The notes: generated by a model from the letters alone, not told the origin. Positions 28,006-38,639 are shown, counted from the first letter of the stretch. The stretch: 51,658 nucleotides of DNA from Limisphaerales bacterium (GCA_044225505.1 JBGAIN010000039.1:1-51658); one strand, 5' to 3'. Numbers and translations: made by a program.

Positions 28006-29175
28006 ATGACGTTACAGGAACTCTGCCAACAGACCCTTCGCCATTTCACTGAGCGTTTTTCAGAAAAGCCAGAATGGGTTGTGGCCGCCCCTGGTCGAGT
28101 CAATATTATCGGTGAGCATACGGACTACAACGACGGGTTTGTCCTGCCCATGGCGATCGAGCGGTGGACAGTGCTGGCGGCTTGCCGGATTGCAGAGCCC
28201 ACTTTCACGGTGCACAGCCAGCAGTTGACAAGCACCGCGCACATCCATCTTACCGAACCTGTCAACCGTGGCCGCCCTGATTGGTCCAACTATGTTCGAG
28301 GTGTCATCGCGGGGTTTCAACGGTTTGGTCTTGCTGTTCCAGGGTGCAAGGCATTGATGAACTCCACCGTGCCTCTTGGAAGCGGGCTTTCAAGCAGCGC
28401 GGCGTTGGAGGTTGCTACTGCAACCTTGCTCGAGAGAACAACTGAACACTCTCTCGATCCGGTTCGGAAGGCACTGCTATGTCAGCGCGCCGAACATGAG
28501 TTTGCTGGCGTCCCCTGCGGGATCATGGACCAGTTCACGTCCGCGCTTGCCCGCCAGGGCCATCTGCTCCTGCTCGATTGCCGCTCGCACGCTGTCCGTC
28601 TCGTACCCATGGCCGATCCAGCCGTCTCAGTCCTGATCATCAACACGAACGTTCGCCACGAACTGGCCAATGGAGAATATGCGCAACGACGCGCGCAATG
28701 TGAGACAGCTGCCAAAGCGCTCGGCGTCGTCGCTCTTCGGGATGCGACGCGTTCGCTCCTTAATTCGCACAAAGATCAAATGGATCCGATCGTTTTCCAG
28801 AGGGCGCACCATGTCATTACAGAGATCGAGCGGACCCATCAGGCCGCAGAGGCACTCAGCATGTCTTCGTGGCATCGGGCGGGCGATCTGATGTACGCCA
28901 GCCATGCTTCTTTGCGGGACGATTACCAGGTCAGCTGCCAGGAACTGGACGCGGTCGTGGAGATTGCTCAATCGATCGGACCGGAGGGGGGCGTGTTCGG
29001 ATGCCGCATGACCGGCGGGGGATTTGGCGGATGCGCCGTCGCCTTGGTTCAAGCCGATGCCGTGGCCACCCTGGCCCAACAGATCACTCAGCAGTACCAA
29101 CAACGGACACGACGCAATCCCACCTTGTTCGTGTCTCGGCCTGCCGAAGGCGCCAGCAGCCTAGCCGTGACTTAG
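28006..29175 (+). CDS. galK: Galactokinase
   Basis: APGRVNIIGEHTDYNDGFVLPMAI, PLGSGLSSSAALE, CGIMDQF and GCRMTGGGFGGC. Confidence 0.95.
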   Translation: MTLQELCQQTLRHFTERFSEKPEWVVAAPGRVNIIGEHTDYNDGFVLPMAIERWTVLAACRIAEPTFTVHSQQLTSTAHIHLTEPVNRGRPDWSNYVRGVIAGFQRFGLAVPGCKALMNSTVPLGSGLSSSAALEVATATLLERTTEHSLDPVRKALLCQRAEHEFAGVPCGIMDQFTSALARQGHLLLLDCRSHAVRLVPMADPAVSVLIINTNVRHELANGEYAQRRAQCETAAKALGVVALRDATRSLLNSHKDQMDPIVFQRAHHVITEIERTHQAAEALSMSSWHRAGDLMYASHASLRDDYQVSCQELDAVVEIAQSIGPEGGVFGCRMTGGGFGGCAVALVQADAVATLAQQITQQYQQRTRRNPTLFVSRPAEGASSLAVT

Positions 29176-29185
29176 CCGCAGGACC

Positions 29186-30205
29186 TTAAGCCGCGAAAAG
29201 AAAGTTTTCTCCTTCGACAAACCCACGCCCTTGCAAGTGCGCTCTGGCAAACTCTCGAGCGCCCCGCTTCGCCACGTAGCCTAAAACAAAGCAATCTTTC
29301 GGCGGAGGAATGGTCTCCGGACTGAGCACGTTCAATCCTCCGATGGTTCTACCGATCTTTCGCTGGTCGATATCAATATACGCATTCCAATTAATCCCAT
29401 AAGCGCGCAGGTGCTCAGATCGGCGACGAGTAAGCCGGCCTGCACCCCAGATAAGCAATTCTTTGTCCGCGTCGAGATTACCCTTCAGCCACCGAGCTAA
29501 ATACTCTGCTTTACAGCGATAAAAAGAGTCGAACCGGTACCGCGGATCGACGCGCGACAGCCGAGTGGGAAGATCATTCCATGTCACCAGCACTTTCGGG
29601 ACTTTAGCCATCTGGACCCCCGCTTCAAGCCAACGAAGCCACAGTTCGTAGTCCTCAGGAAAATCACCTTCTCGGTATCCCCCGAACGACATTACCAAAT
29701 CACGGCGGAAGATGACTGTCGGGTGCGCGAAAGGAGACTCGATGAACCGAGCACACGAGATTTCGTGAGCCGTTTGCACGGAGTTCAACCATGACACATG
29801 CTCTGCAAACCCAGACGCCAACTCAGCGTCTCCTCCAAACCGGACCAAGCTTCCTACCAAACCTAGGTTCGGATGCGCCTCCAGAAATAGGAGTTGTTCT
29901 CGCAAGCGTTCCGAGTCCGAAAGATCGTCTGCGTCCATCCGAGCAATCCAAGCGGCGTTCGACAGACGAATTCCGGCGTTGAGTGCGGCAACAATCCCAT
30001 GATGCGCCATGGGCACCGTGCGCAAGCGCGGCTCGATTTGGGTGAAGCTCCTCAGGATATAGGGCGTTGCGTCCGTCGAACCGTCGTCGACGACAATCAG
30101 TTCCCAGGCCGTAAAACTTTGGCGTCGAATACTCTCAATTGCAGCCCGCAAGTCACGTTCGGCGTTAAACACGGGCAGGACGATAGAAACTCGAGGGGAA
30201 GGCAC
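29186..30205 (-). CDS. Family 2 glycosyltransferase
   Basis: VSIVLPVFN, IVVDDGSTD, ARMDADD and EDYELWLR, plus a C-terminal IWGAG Rossmann-like extension. Confidence 0.92.
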   Translation of the reverse strand: MPSPRVSIVLPVFNAERDLRAAIESIRRQSFTAWELIVVDDGSTDATPYILRSFTQIEPRLRTVPMAHHGIVAALNAGIRLSNAAWIARMDADDLSDSERLREQLLFLEAHPNLGLVGSLVRFGGDAELASGFAEHVSWLNSVQTAHEISCARFIESPFAHPTVIFRRDLVMSFGGYREGDFPEDYELWLRWLEAGVQMAKVPKVLVTWNDLPTRLSRVDPRYRFDSFYRCKAEYLARWLKGNLDADKELLIWGAGRLTRRRSEHLRAYGINWNAYIDIDQRKIGRTIGGLNVLSPETIPPPKDCFVLGYVAKRGAREFARAHLQGRGFVEGENFLFAA

Positions 30206-30421
30206 AGCGCAAGGTTGCGTCGTTTTCGGGTCAAAAGTTCAGCCGTGCCGCCAACAGCCACGGCGCGTGAGCTTCGATTGCCAAGCGACAATTGTGCATG
30301 GTGAAGTGCTCGGATTGGCTAATGGAGCCGGTCTTAATCCGGACTCCGCCCAACCAACAGCGAGATCTGTTTTGCCGTGACCATCGAGGAGTTTGGCTTT
30401 CTCTGTCACAACCGAGAACGC

Positions 30422-32899
30422 TTAGGGGTCGAGCCGGGCGTCTTTCCCCAGCGTAAGCACGGTATTCTCGATGAGCTGCGAGACGGTGGTTCCGCTTTCC
30501 GTCTGGAGATTGTATTTTATCTCCATCTGAGGACAGGGCCGCATATCCTCCAACTCCAGTAGTACAGAACGGTGATCAGCAGAAACTCGAACCGATCTGA
30601 TGGGCACAGAATCACGTCCACGCTGGTTAGGATCGCTTAGCTTGAAGTCGTCTGAGCCGTAATTGGCCGTGCGCCGGTAGGTCCATCGGCTGACCGCATA
30701 ATTTTGGGGATCGGCCGCACTCTCACCGTCGAGCGGGGTGGCAAATCGGATGATCATGCCTTCCGTCGTCGCATGGAGCGCCACCGGCAAATGGACCGGC
30801 TTGTTCAGATATCGAATGCGAAAAAATCCACCGGGGCGCGTTTTGTCCCCTGCCCAACCGAAAAGCCCAGCGACATACAGCTGTCCATCCTGAGGATGAA
30901 ATCGGCCCCGCATAATCCCGGTTGGCATTGCAGGAATAGGCATCGCGATCACTCCACCTTGCACCACGCCGCCAACCTTCTCGTATAGGACCTCCAAGAT
31001 CTTGCCGGTGCCATAAGAGAGGCTGACGAGATTGCTCCGCACTGGTCCCCAACGATCACTTGCTACCCAAAGTTGCTCGGCTGGCGAACGGTCGAGCGAC
31101 TTATGAATCCAAACGACCGGTTGTTCGAAGTCGTCTTCGGCACGTCCGTCATGATAACCCATCATATAGCCGTAGAAGCGCCCGGGGCGAACCCAGTTAA
31201 TTCTGTTCTCGGGCGTCCAATGGCCCTCCTGGTCACTAACGATGAATGTCCCGTCGCCGTTTACACAAACCCCGTTTGGCGCCCGAAACCCGGAGGCGAC
31301 CAACTCAGTTCTCTTGCCGTCTTTGCTTACCCGCAGCAATGTTCCGTGCTGCAGTACGAGGGCGTCTTTGGCATGGCGTCCCCCTTTTGCATAGTAAAAA
31401 TTCCCTTCGCCATCGGTTTGCAGATCCATGGCAAACTCATGAAAGTGCTCCGTCACTTGCGCGTCGTTATTGAAGTTTTCATAAAAGTCGGTTTCGCCAT
31501 CGCCATTCAAATCCCGGAGAACGGTAATTTGATCGCGACATGTCACATAGATCTGGTCGTCAACAATCTTCAAGCCCAGAGGCTGAAACAGACCGCTGGC
31601 AATTCGCTTCCACGAGAACGCAGTTAGATTACCGCCCAGGCCATCCACCAACCAAACGTCGCCTTGCCAAGTGCATACGGCAGCGCGGTGGCCATCCTTG
31701 AAAAAGTCAAAGGCACTCAAACGCATCCAGCTCCGGTAGGGATTGTTAAACGGCACGGTAATGCTCTCGACTTGATAAGGCTGTCGCGCATCCAATACTC
31801 GCTCGACCTTGGTCGTTAAAACCTCTGGCCATCGCGCCGACCCTCCACGAGTCCAAGCTGTCAGATCTTGAACCGGAGCAGGATCTCGGGCCAAAGCTTG
31901 AGCTGAGGCGACCGCGTCCACACTTGAGCGAACAACCCAAACCTTGAAGCGGAGAGGCGCATCGCCCGGCGGAATCGCCAAGCGCAGATCGTTGCCGGAA
32001 AGAACCCACGTGGCGCCTTCCGGAATGCCCCTGGCCACCGCTGCAGTAGCACCGGGTCGGCCCGCCCCGGCCTCGGACAAGACCACGACCTGATCCGCTG
32101 GCAGGGAACCAAATCCGGGTGTGCCCTCGGCAGTTCGACCGACCTGCAGCACCAGCTTGATTTTCCGAGCACTGATATTAAAAGTCCGGCTCACCGCTCG
32201 CCCTGACGCATGCCTCTCCACGGCAGGCATCTCAAGCACCTCCGTGGTTCCGATCGAGTAGGAGAGCAGCACCTGATTGCTGCAGACGTAGAGACCCTGC
32301 CAATGCGCCCACTCGCGAGGAAGTGGGCCGTAGTGCTTCCCATCACGACCTGTTATTCTTGGGTCTGTAAATTGCCCCTCTGGGCTTCCCCACCCTGGCG
32401 CGTCCGGATTTGAGAAGAGCGCTTCCCCCACTATCGAGGCGTGAACCTCATGCGTTCCGTCGAGAGCGATGTTCTTCCAATCGATGAACTCCGAGCCCGA
32501 CCACGCCGCCGCTGCCCGTAAGGTATCAGTCTCGAAAAGAAAGAACTCGTGTCCTTGAGCAACGCCTCCGTCACCCGGATCCAACCGCACCGCAATGCCC
32601 TTGTTGGCAATGTTTCCTGGCGCCACCTCCAAGGTCAGCGAAAGAAACGGGCCATAGTCCATCACCTTCCATTCCGGACCTACCGCTTTATCTGTCGACG
32701 TCAAGGTCGCTGGCGCGGCCCCCGCGGACGATAATCGGAGCGCCAAGGCGAGGCAGACTTGAAGCATGAATGCAAGGCCAGTTCGCCGACGCATTCTCGG
32801 CCAATGCACCTCGGACCGCATGACGCGCGCACAAACGTCGGCGAACCAGAGGCCCAGCGCCCTGTGAATCGTCGATAAACCGGCAGCAGTTGTTTTCAC
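30422..32899 (-). CDS. DUF6797-domain secreted protein with a beta-propeller (PVC-type)
   Basis: MDYGPFLSLTL...NIANKGIAVRL N-terminal domain; propeller motifs ASGLFQPLGL, FHEFAMDL, GFRAPNG and DQEGHW; C-terminal YRRTANYGS domain. No CxxCH seen. The start may be further downstream. Confidence 0.75.
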   Translation of the reverse strand: MKTTAAGLSTIHRALGLWFADVCARVMRSEVHWPRMRRRTGLAFMLQVCLALALRLSSAGAAPATLTSTDKAVGPEWKVMDYGPFLSLTLEVAPGNIANKGIAVRLDPGDGGVAQGHEFFLFETDTLRAAAAWSGSEFIDWKNIALDGTHEVHASIVGEALFSNPDAPGWGSPEGQFTDPRITGRDGKHYGPLPREWAHWQGLYVCSNQVLLSYSIGTTEVLEMPAVERHASGRAVSRTFNISARKIKLVLQVGRTAEGTPGFGSLPADQVVVLSEAGAGRPGATAAVARGIPEGATWVLSGNDLRLAIPPGDAPLRFKVWVVRSSVDAVASAQALARDPAPVQDLTAWTRGGSARWPEVLTTKVERVLDARQPYQVESITVPFNNPYRSWMRLSAFDFFKDGHRAAVCTWQGDVWLVDGLGGNLTAFSWKRIASGLFQPLGLKIVDDQIYVTCRDQITVLRDLNGDGETDFYENFNNDAQVTEHFHEFAMDLQTDGEGNFYYAKGGRHAKDALVLQHGTLLRVSKDGKRTELVASGFRAPNGVCVNGDGTFIVSDQEGHWTPENRINWVRPGRFYGYMMGYHDGRAEDDFEQPVVWIHKSLDRSPAEQLWVASDRWGPVRSNLVSLSYGTGKILEVLYEKVGGVVQGGVIAMPIPAMPTGIMRGRFHPQDGQLYVAGLFGWAGDKTRPGGFFRIRYLNKPVHLPVALHATTEGMIIRFATPLDGESAADPQNYAVSRWTYRRTANYGSDDFKLSDPNQRGRDSVPIRSVRVSADHRSVLLELEDMRPCPQMEIKYNLQTESGTTVSQLIENTVLTLGKDARLDP

Positions 32900-32991
32900 G
32901 AGATAAGAGCCTCCGCAGTGATCGTTGGGATCAAGATTTCGAAATCAACGAGAGCGCAGAGGAAACCCAGCCCCCCCAAACGGACAACTCC

Positions 32992-34245
32992 TCAGGCGCT
33001 GGTGAAGAGCGGTTTCAGATGCCGTTCATAGAGGTTGGTCGTCACGTTTCGGGAGACGCTCGCTTCACATTCTCGCAGCAGCTGCAGGTAGCGTTCTCCC
33101 ATCTTAGCCGCGATCTTATAACCCACATGCAAGAGCTGACGCAGGTGTGGATTAAAGGCAGGACATTTTGGATCATGGCGCAGCGACGAGACAAAGTCCG
33201 CGGAACTCCAAGACTGGACCGTCTGAGCGCTCGGCAACTTCTCTTTCGAGATATCAATGACGGTCGCGTATGGTGCACAAAGTTCGTCGATATGACGCAA
33301 TGCCTCGGCATAAATTTCCTTCGCCAATGTCAGCCCACTTCCCCCCGCTTCCGCCAATCCGATTAACTCCTCGAGCCAAGTTGTCCCGGCCGTCTTTAAA
33401 TGCAGCCCGGCGTTAAACCGGGGTAAAGTGCGTCGAATGACCGGATAAATCGAGAACTTGTCACTGCCCGAGTGCACGCTCAGCTTAAGGGTGTCGGGTA
33501 AGCCATAGTTGTGCACCGCATGGCTGAGGACCGCGAGGTCTTGGCTGAATTCCTTTTCGAACTGAGCGATATCTCCGACATAGTCCACCCCTTTGTTAAA
33601 TCGTCCCGTGAACTTGGGCGCAATGGTCTGAAGGGGCACTTTCTCGTCCGCTAGAGCTGCGAGGATAATCAGCAATTCTGGCGGTGTCTGAGGACTGTCC
33701 GTCTCATCCATCGATACTTCTGTGATGAACCTTTCTCGTCCCTTTCTTTCCGCGATATGACGATAAATCCGGCCAGCCTCTTGGATCGCCAGGAGATATT
33801 TACCAATGATTCGTTCCACCTCTCCCTTTGTGATTTGGAAAGGCTGGTCGATCTGCGCAATTTGGATTCGCCCAACCAGCTCGGAATGTTTGTCGAGAAA
33901 GGCGTTCACGGCGTTTGCCGGCGCCGGACGCCCAATCGACTCTGCCACATCGATTGTGAAAAAATCTGAGTGCGCCACGAACCGATCGACCGTCTCTAGC
34001 CGAATGTGATCGGCGTCGACATGATAAGGCCGATTCCAGCCCAACTCGCGGACGGCCTCATCAGCAGCGGCACGCACACTGGAGGGCTCCGAGCCGACAA
34101 TTAAGTGCTCGCGATTGGACTTGTTCCAAACCGGAATGACCTCCACGCCCGCCTGTGCAGCCTGCAGACAAGCACGCAACTGAGCTTTGGCTTGGTGGGC
34201 AAACCGGTCGCCAATCCCAAAGGAGTATTTTCCTAATCGCAGCAT
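32992..34245 (-). CDS. uxaE: Tagaturonate/fructuronate epimerase family protein
   Basis: SFGIGDRF, VDADHI, EVSMDET, FNKGVDYVGD, KLSVHSGSDKFSIY and HLKTAGTTWLEE. Start at ATG 34245, right after the upstream stop. Confidence 0.85.
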   Translation of the reverse strand: MLRLGKYSFGIGDRFAHQAKAQLRACLQAAQAGVEVIPVWNKSNREHLIVGSEPSSVRAAADEAVRELGWNRPYHVDADHIRLETVDRFVAHSDFFTIDVAESIGRPAPANAVNAFLDKHSELVGRIQIAQIDQPFQITKGEVERIIGKYLLAIQEAGRIYRHIAERKGRERFITEVSMDETDSPQTPPELLIILAALADEKVPLQTIAPKFTGRFNKGVDYVGDIAQFEKEFSQDLAVLSHAVHNYGLPDTLKLSVHSGSDKFSIYPVIRRTLPRFNAGLHLKTAGTTWLEELIGLAEAGGSGLTLAKEIYAEALRHIDELCAPYATVIDISKEKLPSAQTVQSWSSADFVSSLRHDPKCPAFNPHLRQLLHVGYKIAAKMGERYLQLLRECEASVSRNVTTNLYERHLKPLFTSA

Positions 34246-34246
34246 G

Positions 34247-35671
34247 TTAGCTGACCTCCCAACCTTGCCGGTAGTTCTCTCGCAGGTACTGATCCGCTTC
34301 CGGCGCATTCTTGGCCTTCATATTGGCGGAATCCCAATAGATCTTTTTCCCGGTGCGCAGCGCGACGTTACCCAAAAGCACAAATTCCGTCAGCTTGGCC
34401 CCATATTCAAAATTGCTGCTTGCAGGCGCTCCGCCTTTGCAGGCATCGAGCCAGTCGCGATGATGCCCCTTGGATCTCGCCAATGTCTTGGCAGGCCGTT
34501 GAAATGAATCCATTCTCGAGAAAGGGAGCAATTTAGGGGATCCCCCCCACCCTGGGCACATGATCTTGCCCTTGCTGCCGATAAAAAGAATTCCATTGCC
34601 GCTCTGGCCGAGTTGATCGTCATCTTCCAGCTCGTCTGGCCGCGGCGGAAGCAGCCCGCCGTCGTACCAGGTCACTTCGACCGGCGGCAAACTCTTGCGC
34701 GGACCAAATTTGTAGTGATAGACCGAGCCAAAGGGACACATCTCAGAATCGAGAGTTCCCGGGCAGGTTGCCTCAATACTGAGTGGTGCCGCCAGATCTA
34801 ACGCCCAGAATGCCGGGTCCATATTGTGGCAGGCCATGTCGCCGATCGGTGCCGATCCAAACGCCCAAAAATCGCGCCATGTCACCGGCGAATAGGCCGA
34901 GCTATATGGACGAGCCTCGCGCGTTCCAACCCAAAGATCCCAATTCACGCCGGACGGCAAAGGCACCTCTTTCGGTCGTCCACCAAGTTCTTTGCCCCAA
35001 CGACCCGCTTTAGTCCAAGCGTGCACTTGCGTCACTTCGCCGATTGCTCCCGCCCAAATCCACTCGCACGTTTCGCGAATTCCATCCCCAGAATGCCCTT
35101 GATTCCCCATTTGTGTCGCGACTCCCGTCTCCTTTGCCACCTTTGCCACTTGTCGCGCCTCCCAAACATTGTGGGTCAGTGGTTTCTCGCAATAGACATG
35201 CTTGCCTTGCCGCATCGCAGTGATGGTGACGTAGGCATGGTTGTGGTCTGGCGTAGCGCAAAGAATGGCGTCAATCGCTTTCTCCTTCTCCAGCATGACT
35301 CGGAAATCTTCATACTCCGCGCATCGAAATCCAGAATTCTTCTCCCCGTAATGGCTCTCAATTTCCGCTCGCACAGGCTTGCGACCGGCGGATCCTTTAT
35401 AATAGAAGGGTGTCAAATCGTGCTGTTCGATCGGATCGGCAATCGCAATGATTTGTGCGTCTTTCTCCTGGAAAAGAGCGCGCACGTTCGTTCGGCCTTG
35501 GCCCCCTGCTCCGACAATCGCTACATGGACCTTCTCGCTCGGACTAACAAACTTCGGTCCGCCGAGAACATGTCTTGGAACGAGGGTGACTGCAGCGACC
35601 GCTGTCGCGGTGCGGGCGAGGAAATGGCGGCGCGTCATCGGCCGCATCTTGGAATTCGGCTTCATAGGCAT
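34247..35671 (-). CDS. Tat-exported Gfo/Idh/MocA oxidoreductase
   Basis: TRRHFL Tat motif, VGAGGQG, ATPDHNH, HVYCEKPL, TQMGNQG and GDMACH. Confidence 0.92.
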   Translation of the reverse strand: MPMKPNSKMRPMTRRHFLARTATAVAAVTLVPRHVLGGPKFVSPSEKVHVAIVGAGGQGRTNVRALFQEKDAQIIAIADPIEQHDLTPFYYKGSAGRKPVRAEIESHYGEKNSGFRCAEYEDFRVMLEKEKAIDAILCATPDHNHAYVTITAMRQGKHVYCEKPLTHNVWEARQVAKVAKETGVATQMGNQGHSGDGIRETCEWIWAGAIGEVTQVHAWTKAGRWGKELGGRPKEVPLPSGVNWDLWVGTREARPYSSAYSPVTWRDFWAFGSAPIGDMACHNMDPAFWALDLAAPLSIEATCPGTLDSEMCPFGSVYHYKFGPRKSLPPVEVTWYDGGLLPPRPDELEDDDQLGQSGNGILFIGSKGKIMCPGWGGSPKLLPFSRMDSFQRPAKTLARSKGHHRDWLDACKGGAPASSNFEYGAKLTEFVLLGNVALRTGKKIYWDSANMKAKNAPEADQYLRENYRQGWEVS

Positions 35672-35802
35672 CGAAAGGCTTCGTGCCGAACACGGTAATG
35701 GAAGCGCCCTTCGCTGCCCAGAGAAAATCAACGTCGTCGCTTATCGAACCTGCTTCTGCACGATGGTGCCCCCAGTCGTCCCGAGGGGTATCGCCGCCAT
35801 TC

Positions 35803-37836
35803 TCACCGCGGTTCGGCATCGAACACCAAGACTTCAAACGCCGCTAACTGGAATGTGTGCGGAACACCGGCGTCCAGTGTGACGCTCGCCTCAGCCGCAC
35901 CGCCGCGCCACGGGCTGCGCAGAGAGAAATGGCTCTGAGCAGAAGCTGGCAACTGGAAAGCCAAACCGACGTCGATGGTGATCTCCTTGCGTTGCGACGC
36001 CGGATTTCGCAGTGCAATGATTCCTTTGCGTGGAGCCCAGGCAGCCCAGCCGTACGGCTCCGCTCGAGCGGGATCGCCGCCCACCCAATGGGTGTCGACA
36101 AGCACGTCCCGGTTCGCGTGAGCCCATTTTGCGCATTCAGCCAAGTCATCCCAGCTCTCCGGTGTCATGAAGCTCGGTGTGACGTAAAGTTCCTGCAAGC
36201 ACGTTCCGCTCGCGAAGAACGATCGCAACTCCCGCCGAATTTCCTTCGTATCACCGCCGACTTCGGATGCCGTTCCATAGCGGGCATGGGCAAAGCCTTG
36301 GGTCATCAGGGAGTTCAGCGGGTAAAGCGGAGCGGCTCGAACAATATTGCTGTAGGTTTGACCGTCACGATACGTCACCCATTGCTCGCGCTTGGATCCG
36401 GCACCGTCGAAGCCCATATCGCCGCCACCGCGCCATGTCGAATCTCCATACCACAACCAAAAGGGAGATGGCCACGTCCCGGTCGTGATACTGATGAATA
36501 GGTCCGGCTTCCGCTCGCGCAATGCTCGAGTTAGCCGCAGCATCGCGTCGGTCTCATCAACACTCCGGGCTAACCCGTCAAATTTGAAAAAGTTAGCGCC
36601 GTCTTGGTCGATGAATTTCGCGCAGGTCTCTAGAAATCGAGCATAGTAGCGCGGTCCAGCGAGAGAAAACCCCTGAGCCCCAATCTCGAATCCCTGGGAT
36701 TTTCCCATGGCGATGCGATCCTCTTTGGGCTGTCCATAACCGCCGAATGGTGACAACCAAAAGCCGAGGGTTGACTGGTGTTGCCGCGCCGCGCTCAGAA
36801 TCTTCGTGAAGCCGTTCGGGAATTTGCCTGTTATGGGACGCCAGAGGGTCTTCGGATCGTCCCATCCGTCGTCCCACACGAATGAATCCAGGCGCAACCC
36901 GCGCTTGTCGGTCAATTCACGGCCAAACTCCTCAACGACATTCAAACACTCCTGCTCATCAATCTTCCGGTTTCCCCAACAGATGTCATACCAGGCATTG
37001 TAATGAAGGAAAGGTCGGTAAGGATGCGCGCGTTCCCGCTCGACGTAATAAAGAAAGCCCCGGCGAAGTTGCCCTTCCGGAACTACTCCCATCACCGCCG
37101 ATTGCTCAATCGGCGTATTCGGAACCAGAGCGAAGTTGAATTTGAGCGCGGCGCTTGCCATCGAGCCCAAGCTCGCCGAGCTATCTGGATGCTCGTAGGC
37201 CAAGAACCAATTGTGGAGCACAATCGGCGACCCTGGAACTGTGCCCGCAGCCTCAGCACCCTGACCGGGCACTTCGATGAATCGGATCTCGCGAATCGGC
37301 ACCGGTTGCCGGCGCGCGCGCAGAACCATTTCTTGGCGAATCCCATTGCTATGGTCACGTAGAATAGCACGCCAATGAATCTCCATGTCAGATTCAGGTT
37401 CAACCGCATGCAAAGTGATTTGTTGTCCGGGCGATCTCTGTGCCCGCGTGAAGGCGTCCGCACGTCCCGGTAAAGCATCCAGCAAGGGCGCATCGATCCA
37501 CTTTAACTGTGATGCCAAGATGATTCGGCCGTCTGCGAAAGTAATTCGGAATGCCTCCGTCCCAGTCAATTCCAAGGACCGACCAGCGATTCGGTCCTCG
37601 AGACGCAATGGTTGGAGGCGCTCTCCGGCGACGCTCCAAGAGCACCCAATGACAGCATTATGGAGTTGAATAACCTGACCGTCTCGCTGGACTTCGGCCC
37701 GCCCCGGGCCTGGCCCGGGAAATTCCAGAGCGTAAGCCGGCAGGAGCCATAGTGTTTCCATCACGAGGGCAAGAAACAGGCATAGCGTGTGCCGGGCGCC
37801 GCATGGGCACGAATGGCTCGGACGTAGATAGCGCAT
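35803..37836 (-). CDS. Secreted clan GH-D-like (GH36/GH27-like) TIM-barrel protein of the family often labelled 'enterotoxin'
   Basis: Signal peptide; ERERAHPYRPFLHYNAWYD; DSFVWDDGWDD; GFWLSPFGGY; FFKFDG. Confidence 0.65.
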   Translation of the reverse strand: MRYLRPSHSCPCGARHTLCLFLALVMETLWLLPAYALEFPGPGPGRAEVQRDGQVIQLHNAVIGCSWSVAGERLQPLRLEDRIAGRSLELTGTEAFRITFADGRIILASQLKWIDAPLLDALPGRADAFTRAQRSPGQQITLHAVEPESDMEIHWRAILRDHSNGIRQEMVLRARRQPVPIREIRFIEVPGQGAEAAGTVPGSPIVLHNWFLAYEHPDSSASLGSMASAALKFNFALVPNTPIEQSAVMGVVPEGQLRRGFLYYVERERAHPYRPFLHYNAWYDICWGNRKIDEQECLNVVEEFGRELTDKRGLRLDSFVWDDGWDDPKTLWRPITGKFPNGFTKILSAARQHQSTLGFWLSPFGGYGQPKEDRIAMGKSQGFEIGAQGFSLAGPRYYARFLETCAKFIDQDGANFFKFDGLARSVDETDAMLRLTRALRERKPDLFISITTGTWPSPFWLWYGDSTWRGGGDMGFDGAGSKREQWVTYRDGQTYSNIVRAAPLYPLNSLMTQGFAHARYGTASEVGGDTKEIRRELRSFFASGTCLQELYVTPSFMTPESWDDLAECAKWAHANRDVLVDTHWVGGDPARAEPYGWAAWAPRKGIIALRNPASQRKEITIDVGLAFQLPASAQSHFSLRSPWRGGAAEASVTLDAGVPHTFQLAAFEVLVFDAEPR

Positions 37837-37969
37837 AGGTTAGCGTGGCTGTCGACAATCATGTCATACCGGACGAAGGACCAGGTTGATCAAGATCAAA
37901 AAGACCGGCTTTGGTCGGATAAAAATCGGGGCGTGGCCTGATAGGCAACCGGTCGTCAGTATCGATTGA

Positions 37970-38608
37970 ATGAGCTACGAGATGCACCCGACTGCCATGT
38001 TCGCGTTCACCGACGACGATCGCTGGGTGCCTGGTATTGGCGATCCCACGGCCGTCGGCTGGATAACCGTCCTGGCATACCTCGCCGCGGCGCTCTGGTG
38101 CGGATGGGCTGGTTACCATTCGGCTCGAGAGACTCGCTCGACGCGGCGGCGGTGGTTTTGGTATATTCTTGCCGTTGGCCTATTTCTGCTGGGAATCAAT
38201 AAACAACTCGATCTGCAAACTTGGTTCACACTATTTGTGAAACATTTAGCCATTGATGAAGGTTGGTATGCCAAGCGACAGACCGCACAATTGGCTTTCA
38301 TTGGCGGGGTAGCCGTGGCCGGCGTTGGCGCCTTGTGTGGTTTGAAGTTTCTTGCCGGTCGAATTACCGGCCCCATTTTGACCGCCCTCTCCGGAGGACT
38401 GTTTTTGATTGGTTTTGTCCTCATTCGCGCCTCGTCTTTTCACCACGTCGACTGGATGCTCGACCTCGCACTCAAGGGACTTCGAATCAATGCTATCCTC
38501 GAACTTGGAAGCATAAGCATGATCGCACTCGGCGCGTGGTGGGCTTGTCTTCAATCCGCCCGACCTCCTCCGCCCCTTGCCTCGGCTCATCGGAGCGCCC
38601 CAGAGTAG
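37970..38608 (+). CDS. Conserved-type hypothetical integral membrane protein
   Basis: About five TM helices, with WVPGIGDPT..GWITV.AY, GINKQLDLQ and IRASSFHHVD motifs. Confidence 0.7.
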   Translation: MSYEMHPTAMFAFTDDDRWVPGIGDPTAVGWITVLAYLAAALWCGWAGYHSARETRSTRRRWFWYILAVGLFLLGINKQLDLQTWFTLFVKHLAIDEGWYAKRQTAQLAFIGGVAVAGVGALCGLKFLAGRITGPILTALSGGLFLIGFVLIRASSFHHVDWMLDLALKGLRINAILELGSISMIALGAWWACLQSARPPPPLASAHRSAPE

Positions 38609-38639
38609 CTCTGCAACCTGCGCCATCGTTAATTCTCGC

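Noticed and set aside
34826..35698. Long antisense ORFs (34826..35698 +, 46446..47333 -, 5964..6713 +, 16661..17332 -, 13703..14395 - and similar)
   Set aside because: Shadow ORFs opposite well-supported genes in GC-rich DNA, with no recognisable motifs.
35803..37836. Toxin/virulence interpretation of the 'enterotoxin' family protein
   Set aside because: Motifs and gene context point to a glycoside hydrolase; nothing in the sequence supports toxin function.
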